Shown here in pieces: positions 1 through 12,420 of a DNA stretch of 64,000 bases (position 1 is the stretch's first letter; every line of letters starts with the position of its first letter). The position numbers and the translations under genes are program-made. The notes under the pieces are model-generated. The model made no database searches, was not told the DNA's origin, and was given only the letters and a program-made list of their open reading frames with translations. Source of the stretch: Candidatus Eiseniibacteriota bacterium (GTDB lineage Bacteria > Eisenbacteria > RBG-16-71-46 > SZUA-252); the NCBI GenBank assembly GCA_036505295.1, contig DASXTQ010000084.1, forward strand, positions 511 to 64,510. Direction: 5' to 3'.

Positions 1-901
<901 letters not shown>

Positions 902-905
<4 letters not shown>

Positions 906-2338
906 TTTCCGATGCAGAACTGAGAGAAGATGGCTTGGACCACGTCCTGATCGATACCGCGCCCCACGATTTCGCCGAGCGTCTGGCGGGCCTCCGTGAG
1001 ATCGACCGCGATCAGATCGTAGGAAGAATCCTCCCTTAGGCCCCGCTCCGCGCGCTCCAGGGCCTCGACCGCCCGGCGCAGCAGCGCCTCCTGACGGACG
1101 CTCGTCGTCGGTAGCTCTTCGCCGGCGGCGTCGCCCGAGATGCGTCGAAGCGAATCGCGCAGCGCCTCGCGCAGCGGCTCCGCGCCGCCCGGGCGCACGG
1201 CCACGGTCTCAACCTCCGCGAGGAGCATGCTCTTGGGGATCCCGAGCTCCCGCGCGCGCGCGGCTCGGATCGCATCTGCATCGGCGGCCCACCCCGGCAC
1301 TTCGGCCGCGCGGGCGGCAGTGGGAGCGAGATCCGCCTTGTTCCATGCGACGACCAGCGGCCGATCGGCAACCACGGTCAAGACGGCGGCGTCCTCTTCC
1401 ATGCAAGGCTCGGAGCGATCCAGCACCAAGACCGCGAGATCGGCGCGGCGGGCGGCGTCGTTCGTTCGTTCGAGCCCCAGCCGCTCCAGGGGATCCGAGG
1501 AGCGGCGGACGCCCGCGGCATCGCACAAGCGAAGCTCGGTCCCCTCCAGCCAGATCGACTCCTCGACTGTGTCGCGAGTGGTGCCGGGGAGCTCACTGAC
1601 GATCGCGCGCTCGTAGCCGACGAGCGCGTTCAGGAGGCTCGACTTTCCGACGTTTGGTCTTCCCACGAGCGTGACCCTGACGCCTTGCTCCCGCCGGCGG
1701 GCCGCAGGCAGATGCGAGAGCCATTCTCGAAGCGGCGTCGCGATCCTCGAGCACCGGTCCGCGAGCGCCGGGCCGTCGAGCGATGCGTCGATGTCGCTGG
1801 GGAAATCGATGCGCGCCTCGATCTCGGCGAGGAGCGGTACCAGATCGCGATCCAACTCCGCCACCCGGCGCGACAGCGCTCCGCCCAGAGTGGCCCCGGC
1901 GGCGCGAACGGCACGCTCGGATCGCGCCTTGACGAGCGCCGCCACGGCCTCCGCCTGCGCGAGATCGAGCTTGCCGTTCCGAAACGCGCGCTCGGTGAAT
2001 TCGCCCGGGCGCGCCGCGCGCGCTCCTTCCGCGATCAGGGACTCCAAAATGGCGCGCGGGATCACGTACCCGCCGTGGGAGGAAATCTCGACCACGTCCT
2101 CGCCCGTATAGGAGCACGGAGCGCGGAAGATCGAGAGCAAGACGGTGTCGAGCGGTGAATCGGATGCGTCGAGGAAACTTCCGAGGAGCAGTCGGTGGGA
2201 GCCGCTACGCTCCGGGGAGCGCCGGCCGCGGAAGCGGCGCGTCGCGATCGCGAGAGCCGAGGGGCCGCTCATCCGCACGATGGCGACGGCCGACTCTCCG
2301 GGTGCCGTGGCCAATGCCACGATCGTGTCGTTTTCCAC
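902..2338 (-). CDS. mnmE: tRNA modification GTPase MnmE (TrmE)
   Basis: 478 aa with a G-domain (GRPNVGKSSLLNAL) and the family-typical C-terminal ...FCIGK. Synteny with mnmG. Confidence 0.9.
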
Positions 2339-2355
2339 TTTCGGCCATGCCTCGT

Positions 2356-3168
2356 CTACTCGCGCGACCCGGCGCGCTTCTCTTCTTCGCGTCGGATGAT
2401 GACCCGTTTGAAAAGACCGTCTCCGACGCTGGCGCTCGTGAATCCGTCGACTTCCGCGACCTCCAGGTGCACGATGCGGCGCTCGATCGCGGAGAGGGGC
2501 TCCGTCGATGCTTCGGCTCCGGTCTGCCCCACCTCGTCGATGAGATCGCGCGCCAGCTCGCGAAGGCTCTCCACGCGCCGATCGCGGTATCCGGCGACGT
2601 CCACCTCGACGCGCGGAATTGCTTCCTCGGGCGCGCGTGCCCGCAACATTCGCGCGACGAGATGCTGAAGTGCGGCGAGCGTCTCTCCGTCGCGGCCGAT
2701 AAGGAACTGATCCTTGTCCCCGGCTTGGATCGCGACACGGATCCCGTCGCGCGTCTTCTCGGCGCTCACCGTGGAAGGAAAGCCCATCTGCTCCACGATC
2801 CCCGCGCTGATCGAGCGCACCCCTTCGACGAGCTCGGGCGTGATCTTCGCGGGATCGAGGGGAGGCGGCGGGGGACCGTAGGTCTCGGCGGGGGCGCCGC
2901 GCCGTCCACCGCGATGAGCCTCCGCACCCACCGCGGACGCCTGCCGTCGCACGGCGCTGGCAGGAATCCGTGCGCCGTCGGGAGACGAAGTCGGATCCCG
3001 ACGCCAGGCGCGCACCTTCACCGGGCGGAATCCGCCCAGGGAATTGGCCGAGCGGCCAGGATCGATCACTTCGATCGCGAGATCCTTGGGACTGATACCC
3101 AGGCGGTCGGCCGCCTGATGCACCGCATCCCCGTAACTCGCTGCTTCGACCTGTATCGAATCACTCAT
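2356..3168 (-). CDS. jag: Jag/KhpB RNA-binding protein (Jag_N, KH, R3H)
   Basis: 270 aa with a KH/R3H-like C-terminus (RIVHLEVAEVDGFTSASVGDGLFKRV). Conserved position between yidC and mnmE. Confidence 0.8.
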   Translation of the reverse strand: MSDSIQVEAASYGDAVHQAADRLGISPKDLAIEVIDPGRSANSLGGFRPVKVRAWRRDPTSSPDGARIPASAVRRQASAVGAEAHRGGRRGAPAETYGPPPPPLDPAKITPELVEGVRSISAGIVEQMGFPSTVSAEKTRDGIRVAIQAGDKDQFLIGRDGETLAALQHLVARMLRARAPEEAIPRVEVDVAGYRDRRVESLRELARDLIDEVGQTGAEASTEPLSAIERRIVHLEVAEVDGFTSASVGDGLFKRVIIRREEEKRAGSRE

Positions 3169-3192
3169 GTCGTATGCCCAGCACCGGCCGTC

Positions 3193-4905
3193 TCATCCCT
3201 GCGCGGCGAGCTTTCGGTCTTCCGCCAGATTGACCAGATACTGCTGAAGCGCCGAAAGAAGGTTGTTCACGGTCCAGTAGAGGATCACTCCAGACGGAAA
3301 AGTATACATAAAGAAGAGCATAAACAGAGGCATCACGTACATCATGCCTTTCTGGGCCGGGGCGACAGGGGTCTGGGACTGCAGCACATACGTGCTGGCG
3401 GTCATGACGATAGGCATGAGGTGGATCGGGAAGCCGCCGATCGTGGCCAGCACGTCGGGAGCCGAGAGATCGCGAATGTAGCCGACGAACCCCGAAGCCC
3501 GGAGCTCGACGGAAAAGAGGAGCACGTTGTAGAGGGCGATGAAGACGGGTACTTGCAAGAGCATCGGCAAGCATCCGCTCATCGGGTTGACCTTGTTTTC
3601 CTTGTACAGGGCCATCATCGCCTGGTTGAGCTTCATCGGATCGCCTTTGTGCTTCTCCTGAAGCTCTTTGATCTTGGGCTGCAGGTGATGCATGACCTTC
3701 ATCGAGCGCAGGCTCGCTTGGGTGAGCGGGTAGAAGAGAAACTTGGTCGCCGCGGCCAGGATGATGATCGCGATGCCGTAGTTCGGGATCATCTTGTGGA
3801 GCAGATTCAGGCAGGTGAGCATGAGCACGCTGACGCCGCGCATCCACTTCCAACCCAGGTTCGCGACCTCGTCCAAGCCGGCTCCCACGGCCGCCAGCGT
3901 CTCGTAGTGGATTGGTCCCGCGTAGATACGCGCACGGCGCACCACCTCGCCGCCCGGAGGCGCGGCCCCGACGAACCACGCCGTCACGAGGCCGGATCCC
4001 GCGCTGCGAAAAACGACGTCCGAGACCGTTCCCGAGTCCGGAATGACCGCCGCGATGAAATACTTGCTGCGGCTCGCGACCCAGCGGACATTTCCCGGAG
4101 GGACGATGCGCTCTCCGTTCGGCCCCAGCTTCCCCGCCGGAAAGCTCTCGAGCTTGGTGCCGAGGAGAGCCACCGCCTGCAGCTGCTCCCGCTTGGTCGC
4201 CGCCTCCGTGATCGGAAGGGGCGCGCCCCATCCGATGCGATAACGAATGGGGCCCAGCTCGGGGGGCGCCGAAACACGAACGTCGCTCTCGAGGAGCTTC
4301 CGGTCCTGGCCCACCTGATAGCTCTTCACGACCCGGATGCCGCTCGAATCGACCGCCTCGAAGGTCAACGCGCCGCCGACCGGGTCGTCGTGCGTGATCC
4401 GGAATGGCGCGTTCGAGAAGTCGATCGCGCGCGCGCCGGCCTCCACGATGATCAGGAAGGCACGCGCGCCGGGCGAGACCAAGTCCACGGGCGCCTTCCG
4501 GATCTGGTCCTTGTAGGAGTCCAGAATCCAGTGAGAGATCGCTCCGCCTTCGCTTGTGAACTCCGCCCGGAAATGCTCGGTCTTCACCTCGCGGGTCTCG
4601 ATCGGTGCCGGCGAGACCCTGGCGCTGGTCAGGACGGCTCCCGTCGACAGGACGGCCGAGGTAGCGCCCCCGGGAGCCCCACTCGACGAACTGCCGGCGG
4701 GAGCCCCGGCCTGGGGCTCTCCTGAAACGGGCGTTTGCGCGCTCCCCTGAGGCTTGGGAAGCGACGGGGCAGGTTGCCCCGCCGTGCCGCCCGGCTGGGA
4801 CGGGACCGGTTTTCGGCGCGGGCGATAGAAATTCGGCGAGATCACCTGGTCCAGGAGCAGGACCATCATGATCATGACCATCGCGATGAGGACTTTACGA
4901 TCCAT
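3193..4905 (-). CDS. yidC: membrane protein insertase YidC
   Basis: 570 aa with an N-terminal TM, a large periplasmic domain and the conserved C-terminal core (MSGCLPMLLQVPVFIALYNVL...). Confidence 0.9.
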   Translation of the reverse strand: MDRKVLIAMVMIMMVLLLDQVISPNFYRPRRKPVPSQPGGTAGQPAPSLPKPQGSAQTPVSGEPQAGAPAGSSSSGAPGGATSAVLSTGAVLTSARVSPAPIETREVKTEHFRAEFTSEGGAISHWILDSYKDQIRKAPVDLVSPGARAFLIIVEAGARAIDFSNAPFRITHDDPVGGALTFEAVDSSGIRVVKSYQVGQDRKLLESDVRVSAPPELGPIRYRIGWGAPLPITEAATKREQLQAVALLGTKLESFPAGKLGPNGERIVPPGNVRWVASRSKYFIAAVIPDSGTVSDVVFRSAGSGLVTAWFVGAAPPGGEVVRRARIYAGPIHYETLAAVGAGLDEVANLGWKWMRGVSVLMLTCLNLLHKMIPNYGIAIIILAAATKFLFYPLTQASLRSMKVMHHLQPKIKELQEKHKGDPMKLNQAMMALYKENKVNPMSGCLPMLLQVPVFIALYNVLLFSVELRASGFVGYIRDLSAPDVLATIGGFPIHLMPIVMTASTYVLQSQTPVAPAQKGMMYVMPLFMLFFMYTFPSGVILYWTVNNLLSALQQYLVNLAEDRKLAAQG

Positions 4906-4923
4906 GACGTCGCCGCGATCCGT

Positions 4924-5169
4924 TCAAGGGACCGGGTCGTAACCTCCGGGGTGGAACGGATGGCAGCGAAGGACGCGGCCTACGATGAGGATCAACGCGC
5001 GTCGCAGCGGGCGCCGGGCCATCGCCTCTTCCGCGTAGGCGGCGCAGCTCGGCTCGAAGCGGCAGGAGCGTGGCAAGGAGGGAGAGATCGCCGCCCGGTA
5101 AAAGCGGATCAGGCACAAGAGGAGCCATCGTAGCCCCAAGGACGGGGTCGACCTCGCCTTTACGCTCAC
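4924..5169 (-). CDS. yidD: membrane protein insertion efficiency factor YidD
   Basis: 81 aa with the CRFEPSCAAYA motif. Overlaps rnpA by 4 nt. Confidence 0.85.
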   Translation of the reverse strand: MSVKARSTPSLGLRWLLLCLIRFYRAAISPSLPRSCRFEPSCAAYAEEAMARRPLRRALILIVGRVLRCHPFHPGGYDPVP

Positions 5170-5513
5170 GCGGGCTCCCGTCTCAGGAGCGCATTCATCT
5201 CGGCAGAGACGTCGTCGAACGTGGCGATCGAGCAGGCGCTTCGGGCGATCCAGACTCGCCAGGTCGCGCGGTCGCGCACGCCCGGGGAAACCTTCCGGAA
5301 TGCCTCCCTCAGGAGACGCTTCGCCCGATTCCGACGGACCGCGGGGCCGACCCTACGGCTGGCGACGAACGCGGTCCGGCCGTGGTCTGAGGTCCGCGGC
5401 ATGCTCACCAATGTCATCAGGCTGCCGTGAATGGACTTCCCTGATTGATACACTTCGCGGAATTGCCAGCCTTGGTGCAGGCGGCGATCGCGCGGTCGAA
5501 CCGCGCCGGGCAT
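5166..5513 (-). CDS. rnpA: RNase P protein component
   Basis: 115 aa, basic, with the RNRAKRLLREAFR motif. Sits between rpmH and yidD. Confidence 0.85.
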   Translation of the reverse strand: MPGAVRPRDRRLHQGWQFREVYQSGKSIHGSLMTLVSMPRTSDHGRTAFVASRRVGPAVRRNRAKRLLREAFRKVSPGVRDRATWRVWIARSACSIATFDDVSAEMNALLRREPA

Positions 5514-5538
5514 CCTGGCCTCGAGCCTTGGGGCGACG

Positions 5539-5673
5539 CTATACCGTGAGGCGTTTGCGGCCTCGTTCTCGGCGGCGTTTCAGAACGGCGCGGCCGCCTC
5601 GCGTGCTCATGCGCTCACGAAAGCCGTGCACCTTCTTTCGGCGGCGATTGTGGGGCTGAAACGTGCGCTTCAC
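5539..5673 (-). CDS. rpmH: 50S ribosomal protein L34
   Basis: Manual translation of the minus strand gives V(M)[43 protein letters not shown] (44 aa). GTG start. Not in the ORF track because it is too short. Confidence 0.9.
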   Translation of the reverse strand: MKRTFQPHNRRRKKVHGFRERMSTRGGRAVLKRRRERGRKRLTV

Positions 5674-5974
5674 GTGGATTGCCTCTGTCGTTGGGAACGG
5701 GATGGACCGAACACGAGCGTCGGATTCTAACGAATCGCTTGGAATCGGTCAATGCGAAAGCCCAGTGGCCGCAGGCGATACCGCGTCGCCAAAATTTTCG
5801 TTGCGCGGGCTGGAATCGCGAGCGTATTCTGCGGCCATCGCGAAGGCCGAGAGCGTGAATGCTTCTCTCGCGCTCCGGGTCCTCGCCGCACCGGGCTTCC
5901 CCCGCGCAAAACGACGCGCCCCTTCACCCGGACCTAAGAGTTGTGAGCATTCCTCAAGCCGATTTCCCTTCATT

Positions 5975-6011
5975 GGGGCGTAACGGTTTCCGACATTACC
6001 CGTTACGCCCC
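5975..6011. promoter_or_regulatory. Perfect 12-bp inverted repeat (GGGGCGTAACGG-N13-CCGTTACGCCCC) in the rpmH/dnaA divergent promoter region
   Basis: Read directly from the sequence. Lies 10 bp upstream of the paired DnaA boxes. Confidence 0.5.
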
Positions 6012-6019
6012 AATTCATT

Positions 6020-6050
6020 TGTGGATAAATGTGTGGATAAGCGGTGGACA
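6020..6050 (+). promoter_or_regulatory. DnaA-box cluster upstream of dnaA (autoregulatory site)
   Basis: Two perfect TGTGGATAA boxes (the reverse of TTATCCACA) at 6020-6028 and 6032-6040, plus a degenerate GGTGGACAC box at 6042-6050. Confidence 0.7.
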
Positions 6051-7408
6051 CCCTGTGCGGGGATGGGGACGACATGACGACGATGGAAACGATGGTGGCC
6101 GGAGACATCTGGCAGGGCTCGCTCGAAAAGATTCAATCCCACATCTCAAGCCAAGCATTTGAAACATGGTTCCGCTCTCTCGATCCCCTGGAGTTTGACG
6201 GATCCGCGCTCGTTCTGGAGGTGCCGAGCCAGTTCTACGTCGACTGGCTGGATCACCATTACCGGGGGCTCATCGAATCCTCCCTCTCCGCGACGGCGGG
6301 GCGTCCGGTCGCTCTTTCCTTTCACGTCCGTTCCGTCGACGTTCCCGTTTTCGAGGAGCGCCCGCGCGGGCCGCTGCCCGGCAGGATCGAGTGCTACCTA
6401 AGCCCGCATAACACCTTCGAAACCTTTATCGTGGGCAGCGGCAATCAGTTCGCCCACGCGGTGGCGCAGGCGGTCGCGCAGAGTCCAGGGGAACGTTACA
6501 ACCCGCTCTTTCTCTACGGCGGCGTCGGGCTGGGGAAGACCCATCTCATGCACGCGATCGGCCACCAGGTACGCGCCACGCGACCCCAGGCGCGGGTCTT
6601 TTTCGTGAGCGCCGAGAAGTTCATGAACGAGATGATTTACGCCATCCAGCACGCCACGACCCTCGAATTCAAGAGCCGCTACCGCACTGCCGACGTTCTC
6701 CTCATCGATGACATCCAGTTCCTCGCAGGAAAGGAGAGCACGCAGGAGGAGTTCTTTCACACCTTCAACACGCTCCACGACGCGCATAGGCAGATCGTCC
6801 TCACGAGCGACGGCCCGCCGAACGCGATGACCGCGATCGAGGAGCGGCTTGTCTCCCGGTTCACCTGGGGCGTGGTCGCCGATCTGCAGGCTCCCGATCT
6901 CGAAACGCGCGTGGCGATCGTCAAGAAGAAGGCCGAGCTGCAGGGCAGGAACATACCGAACGAGATCGCGCTTCTCCTGGCGAGCAACATCAAGACCAAC
7001 ATCCGCGATCTGGAAGGCTCGCTCTCGCGGCTCCTCGCGTTCGCGGACCTCATGAGCCACGAGCTGACCATCGAGTTCGCACAGGAGGTGCTGCGCGATC
7101 AGATCAAGCCCGATCTCGCCCGGGTCGACCTCTCCGACATCCAGCGACTGGTCGCGAGGCATTTCAACGTCACGGAAGAGTCGATCCGCGGCAAACGCCG
7201 CACCGACGTCATCGCCTTCCCGCGCCAGGTGGGCATGTACATCGCCCGAGCGGTCACCGATCTCTCCTTCCAGGAGATCGGAGCGAAATTCGGCGGCCGC
7301 GACCATTCCACGGTGCTTCATGCCTGCCACAAGATCGAAGGGCTGATGACGACAGACAAGGAACTCAGGGTCGTTGTCGAAGACCTCATGGCGAGCCTGA
7401 GCACGTAA
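6044..7408 (+). CDS. dnaA: chromosomal replication initiator DnaA
   Basis: AAA+ Walker A (GGVGLGKTHL), the DnaA signature and a C-terminal DNA-binding domain. The true start may be the ATG at 6074 (MTTMETMVAG...), because 6044 overlaps the DnaA boxes. Confidence 0.9.
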   Translation: MDTLCGDGDDMTTMETMVAGDIWQGSLEKIQSHISSQAFETWFRSLDPLEFDGSALVLEVPSQFYVDWLDHHYRGLIESSLSATAGRPVALSFHVRSVDVPVFEERPRGPLPGRIECYLSPHNTFETFIVGSGNQFAHAVAQAVAQSPGERYNPLFLYGGVGLGKTHLMHAIGHQVRATRPQARVFFVSAEKFMNEMIYAIQHATTLEFKSRYRTADVLLIDDIQFLAGKESTQEEFFHTFNTLHDAHRQIVLTSDGPPNAMTAIEERLVSRFTWGVVADLQAPDLETRVAIVKKKAELQGRNIPNEIALLLASNIKTNIRDLEGSLSRLLAFADLMSHELTIEFAQEVLRDQIKPDLARVDLSDIQRLVARHFNVTEESIRGKRRTDVIAFPRQVGMYIARAVTDLSFQEIGAKFGGRDHSTVLHACHKIEGLMTTDKELRVVVEDLMASLST

Positions 7409-7789
7409 CCCTTGTCTCTGGATTCAACCTGGCTTGGCGGTGGACACGCGGTGCACAAGTCCAGGAATCCGGGGCCTCCGCGGCGCACCGGGGATAACCA
7501 AAAGCTTATCCACATCTCATCACAGGGGTCCGGCCGCACAAATGACCTCACACTACATTGGCACACAACAACTTACTTTCTAGGCCGGCGCCTCTATCCA
7601 TACAATCCACCGACCCTATTACTACGTCTTCTATTCAAGGAACCTAATCTTCGTAGACCAGAGAGAAATCGCATAAAAATGAGGGGCTTTCCTATTGTGA
7701 AAATGCCCCTATCCACCTATACTTTTTTAGGACTTGAGACCCTCTCCCGAACCATCTGCAAACCCTAATCCAATAAAGGATTAACGGAG
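7409..7789. other. putative oriC (dnaA-dnaN intergenic): DnaA boxes plus an AT-rich unwinding region
   Basis: Perfect TTATCCACA at 7506-7514. 7/9 matches at 7488-7496 (cggggataa), ~7596-7604 (ctatccata) and 7709-7717 (ctatccacc). A locally AT-rich stretch at 7650-7740 (gcataaaaatgagg..., ctatacttttttagg). Confidence 0.6.
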
Positions 7790-7813
7790 ATGATCACCGC
7801 CCAGGAAGTGGCT

Positions 7814-8947
7814 ATGAAATTCTCGATCGCGCAGACCGAGTTCCTCAACGCTTTGCAGGTGGTTTCGAGCGCCGTTCCGACGCGGACGACGCTCCCGGTC
7901 CTGTCCAACATTCTTCTCGAAGCGTCCGAGGATCGCATCGAGATGCGCGCGACCGATCTGGATCTCGCAATCTCGACACGAGCGCAAGCCAGCGTGAAAG
8001 ACATCGGGACACTGACGGTTCCGGCGAAGAAGCTTTTCGAGCTGGTGCGAAAGCTTCCGAGAGAAGAGCTCAAGGTCGAGGCGAAGGATTTGACGCTGAA
8101 CATTGGAAGCAAGAACGGTCGCTACAAGTTCCTGTGCATCCGCCCGGAAGAATTTCCGGCGCTCCCCTCCGTCACCCCGGACGTGGAAGCATCGCTGGAT
8201 GCGGATCTCCTGGAGCGGCTCATCCGGCGCACGATCTACTCCGTCTCGACGGACGAGACGCGGCCGGCGCTGAACGGCTCGCTGCTTCAGATCAGGGATG
8301 ACGAGCTGCGCTTAGTGGCGACCGACGGGCACCGCCTCTCGAAGGCATCATGCAGGCCGGTGGGCGGGATTCCGTCGCCCCCGAAAGGGGACGTGATTGT
8401 GCCGCTCAAGGCATTGAATCAGGTCCTGCGTCTCCTACCGGGAGCCTCGGGGCCTGTCCGGATTGGTATTTCCAAGAACCACGCTCAATTCGCCATCGGC
8501 GACACCACGCTCACGACGAAGCTGATCGAAGGGCCGTTCCCGAACTATGAGCAGGTGCTTCCAAAGCAGAACAACAAGCATCTAAGAGTAAAGCGGGATG
8601 ATTTCGCCCAGGCGCTGGAGCGGGTTTCGGTTTTCTCCGACAGCCTCACGCGCCAAGTAAAGCTCTCCCTTCGCCCGAACCGTTTGACCCTGATCGTGCA
8701 GACGCCCGACCAGGGGGAGGCGACCGAAGAGCTGGACGCCCAGTACGCCTCGGACGATCTCGACATCGGTTACAACGCCGCCTACTTGCTCGACATTCTT
8801 CGCACCGTCGACAGCGAAGAGGTCGACATTCGTCTCAATACGCCGGTGACGGCCGGACTCATCGCGCCCACACCGCAAGGGGACAAGGGGAGCTCTGCGA
8901 ACGAGGATCTCCTTTGTCTCGTGATGCCCCTCCGCCTGGCGAGCTGA
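7814..8947 (+). CDS. dnaN: DNA polymerase III beta sliding clamp
   Basis: The ORF track starts at 7790. The in-frame ATG at 7814 (MKFSIAQTEF...) has an AGGAAG SD 5 nt upstream and the usual DnaN N-terminus. Confidence 0.85.
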   Translation: MKFSIAQTEFLNALQVVSSAVPTRTTLPVLSNILLEASEDRIEMRATDLDLAISTRAQASVKDIGTLTVPAKKLFELVRKLPREELKVEAKDLTLNIGSKNGRYKFLCIRPEEFPALPSVTPDVEASLDADLLERLIRRTIYSVSTDETRPALNGSLLQIRDDELRLVATDGHRLSKASCRPVGGIPSPPKGDVIVPLKALNQVLRLLPGASGPVRIGISKNHAQFAIGDTTLTTKLIEGPFPNYEQVLPKQNNKHLRVKRDDFAQALERVSVFSDSLTRQVKLSLRPNRLTLIVQTPDQGEATEELDAQYASDDLDIGYNAAYLLDILRTVDSEEVDIRLNTPVTAGLIAPTPQGDKGSSANEDLLCLVMPLRLAS

Positions 8948-8957
8948 CCCGGAACGC

Positions 8958-10066
8958 GTGCGACTTCAGTCCATCGAGCTTCGCGAATTCCGGAACCACA
9001 GAGAGGCCAGGTTCGACCTGCGCGGGGATTCCGTGCTGGTTACGGGCGAAAACGGATCCGGCAAGACGAATCTCATCGAAGCCGTCGTGCTGCTCTCGAT
9101 CGGCAGGTCGTTCCGCGGCGCGCGCGATCCCGCGCTGACGCGGCGCGGTGCGGCCACGTTCGAGATTCGCGGGCTGGTGGAAGACCGGCTCGGGGTCACG
9201 AGCGAGATCGTCGCGCGCGGTGGGGCAGGGGCGGCAAAGGAAGTGCTTGTGGACGGCGCGCCTCCCGGCCGGATTTATGACCTTCTGGGACGGTTCTGCA
9301 CCGTCCACTTTTCGGTCGAGGATGTTGCGGTACTGAATGGCGGCCCGGCGTCGCGCCGGCGTTTTCTGGACGTGGCCCTCTGCCAGCTCGAATCGGCCTA
9401 CGTGGGGTCCCTCCGGGACTATACGGCGGCCTTGAGGCAGCGAAATCGTCTCCTGCTCGCCGAGCGGCATGGCCCCGGCACAGACCCAAACGAATGGTCG
9501 GCGTGGGAGGAAATCCTCGCGCGAACGGGAGTGGCGCTCGACCGTCGGCGGCGAACGCTCTGCGCGGAGATGGGTCGCAATCTTCGAGAGCTGTCCCAGC
9601 AGGTCGACCCGACCCTCGATCCGACGGTCGAATACCACGATGGATTCGGGGATTCCGGCACGTCGGAGGAGGAGGGGGTCGCGACCCGGCTCCAATTGTT
9701 CGAGAGGGCGCGCCTCCGCGATCGAAGAATGGGCTGGACGATGAACGGCCCGCACCGGGCGCGGCTTCACTGCGCGATCGGGGGAGAGGAGCTCTCGGAC
9801 GGCGCCTCCCGCGGGTATTCGAGGCTCTACTCGATTCTCCTTCGGCTCGCGCTCGCGCGCGTGTTCGAGGAGCGTCAGAACGACCCGCCGGTGGTTCTTC
9901 TCGACGATCCGGAATCGGAGCTCGATCCTCGCTGGATCGGCAGGGTCTTGAAGCTCGTTCCGGAATCGAGCCAGCTGGTCGTGACCGCGTGCCGGGAGCT
10001 TTCGGAGACGCCGTCGCGCTATCGCCGGCTTCCGATCGACGCGGCCGCGCTTGCGTGGAGCGCCGC

Positions 10067-10070
<4 letters not shown>
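8958..10070 (+). CDS. recF: DNA replication and repair protein RecF
   Basis: 370 aa with a Walker A (GENGSGKTNLIEA) and an SMC-like architecture. Canonical position after dnaN. Confidence 0.9.
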
Positions 10071-12372
<2,302 letters not shown>

Positions 12373-12420
12373 CTCATGGCCGCGTTTTCGTGCAGCGACC
12401 CTGTGAGGAGAGATTGATCG

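Noticed and set aside
2155-4725. 856-aa plus-strand ORF (and similar very long Arg/Ala/Gly/Pro-rich ORFs such as 10345-14244 minus, 18636-20243 plus, 56531-57598 minus and 36194-37624 minus)
   Set aside because: They lie antisense to, or in an alternate frame of, well-supported genes (yidC/jag, gyrB/gyrA, M23 peptidase, dinB, large secreted protein). Their composition is the low-complexity R/A/G/P bias expected from open alternate frames in roughly 68% GC DNA.
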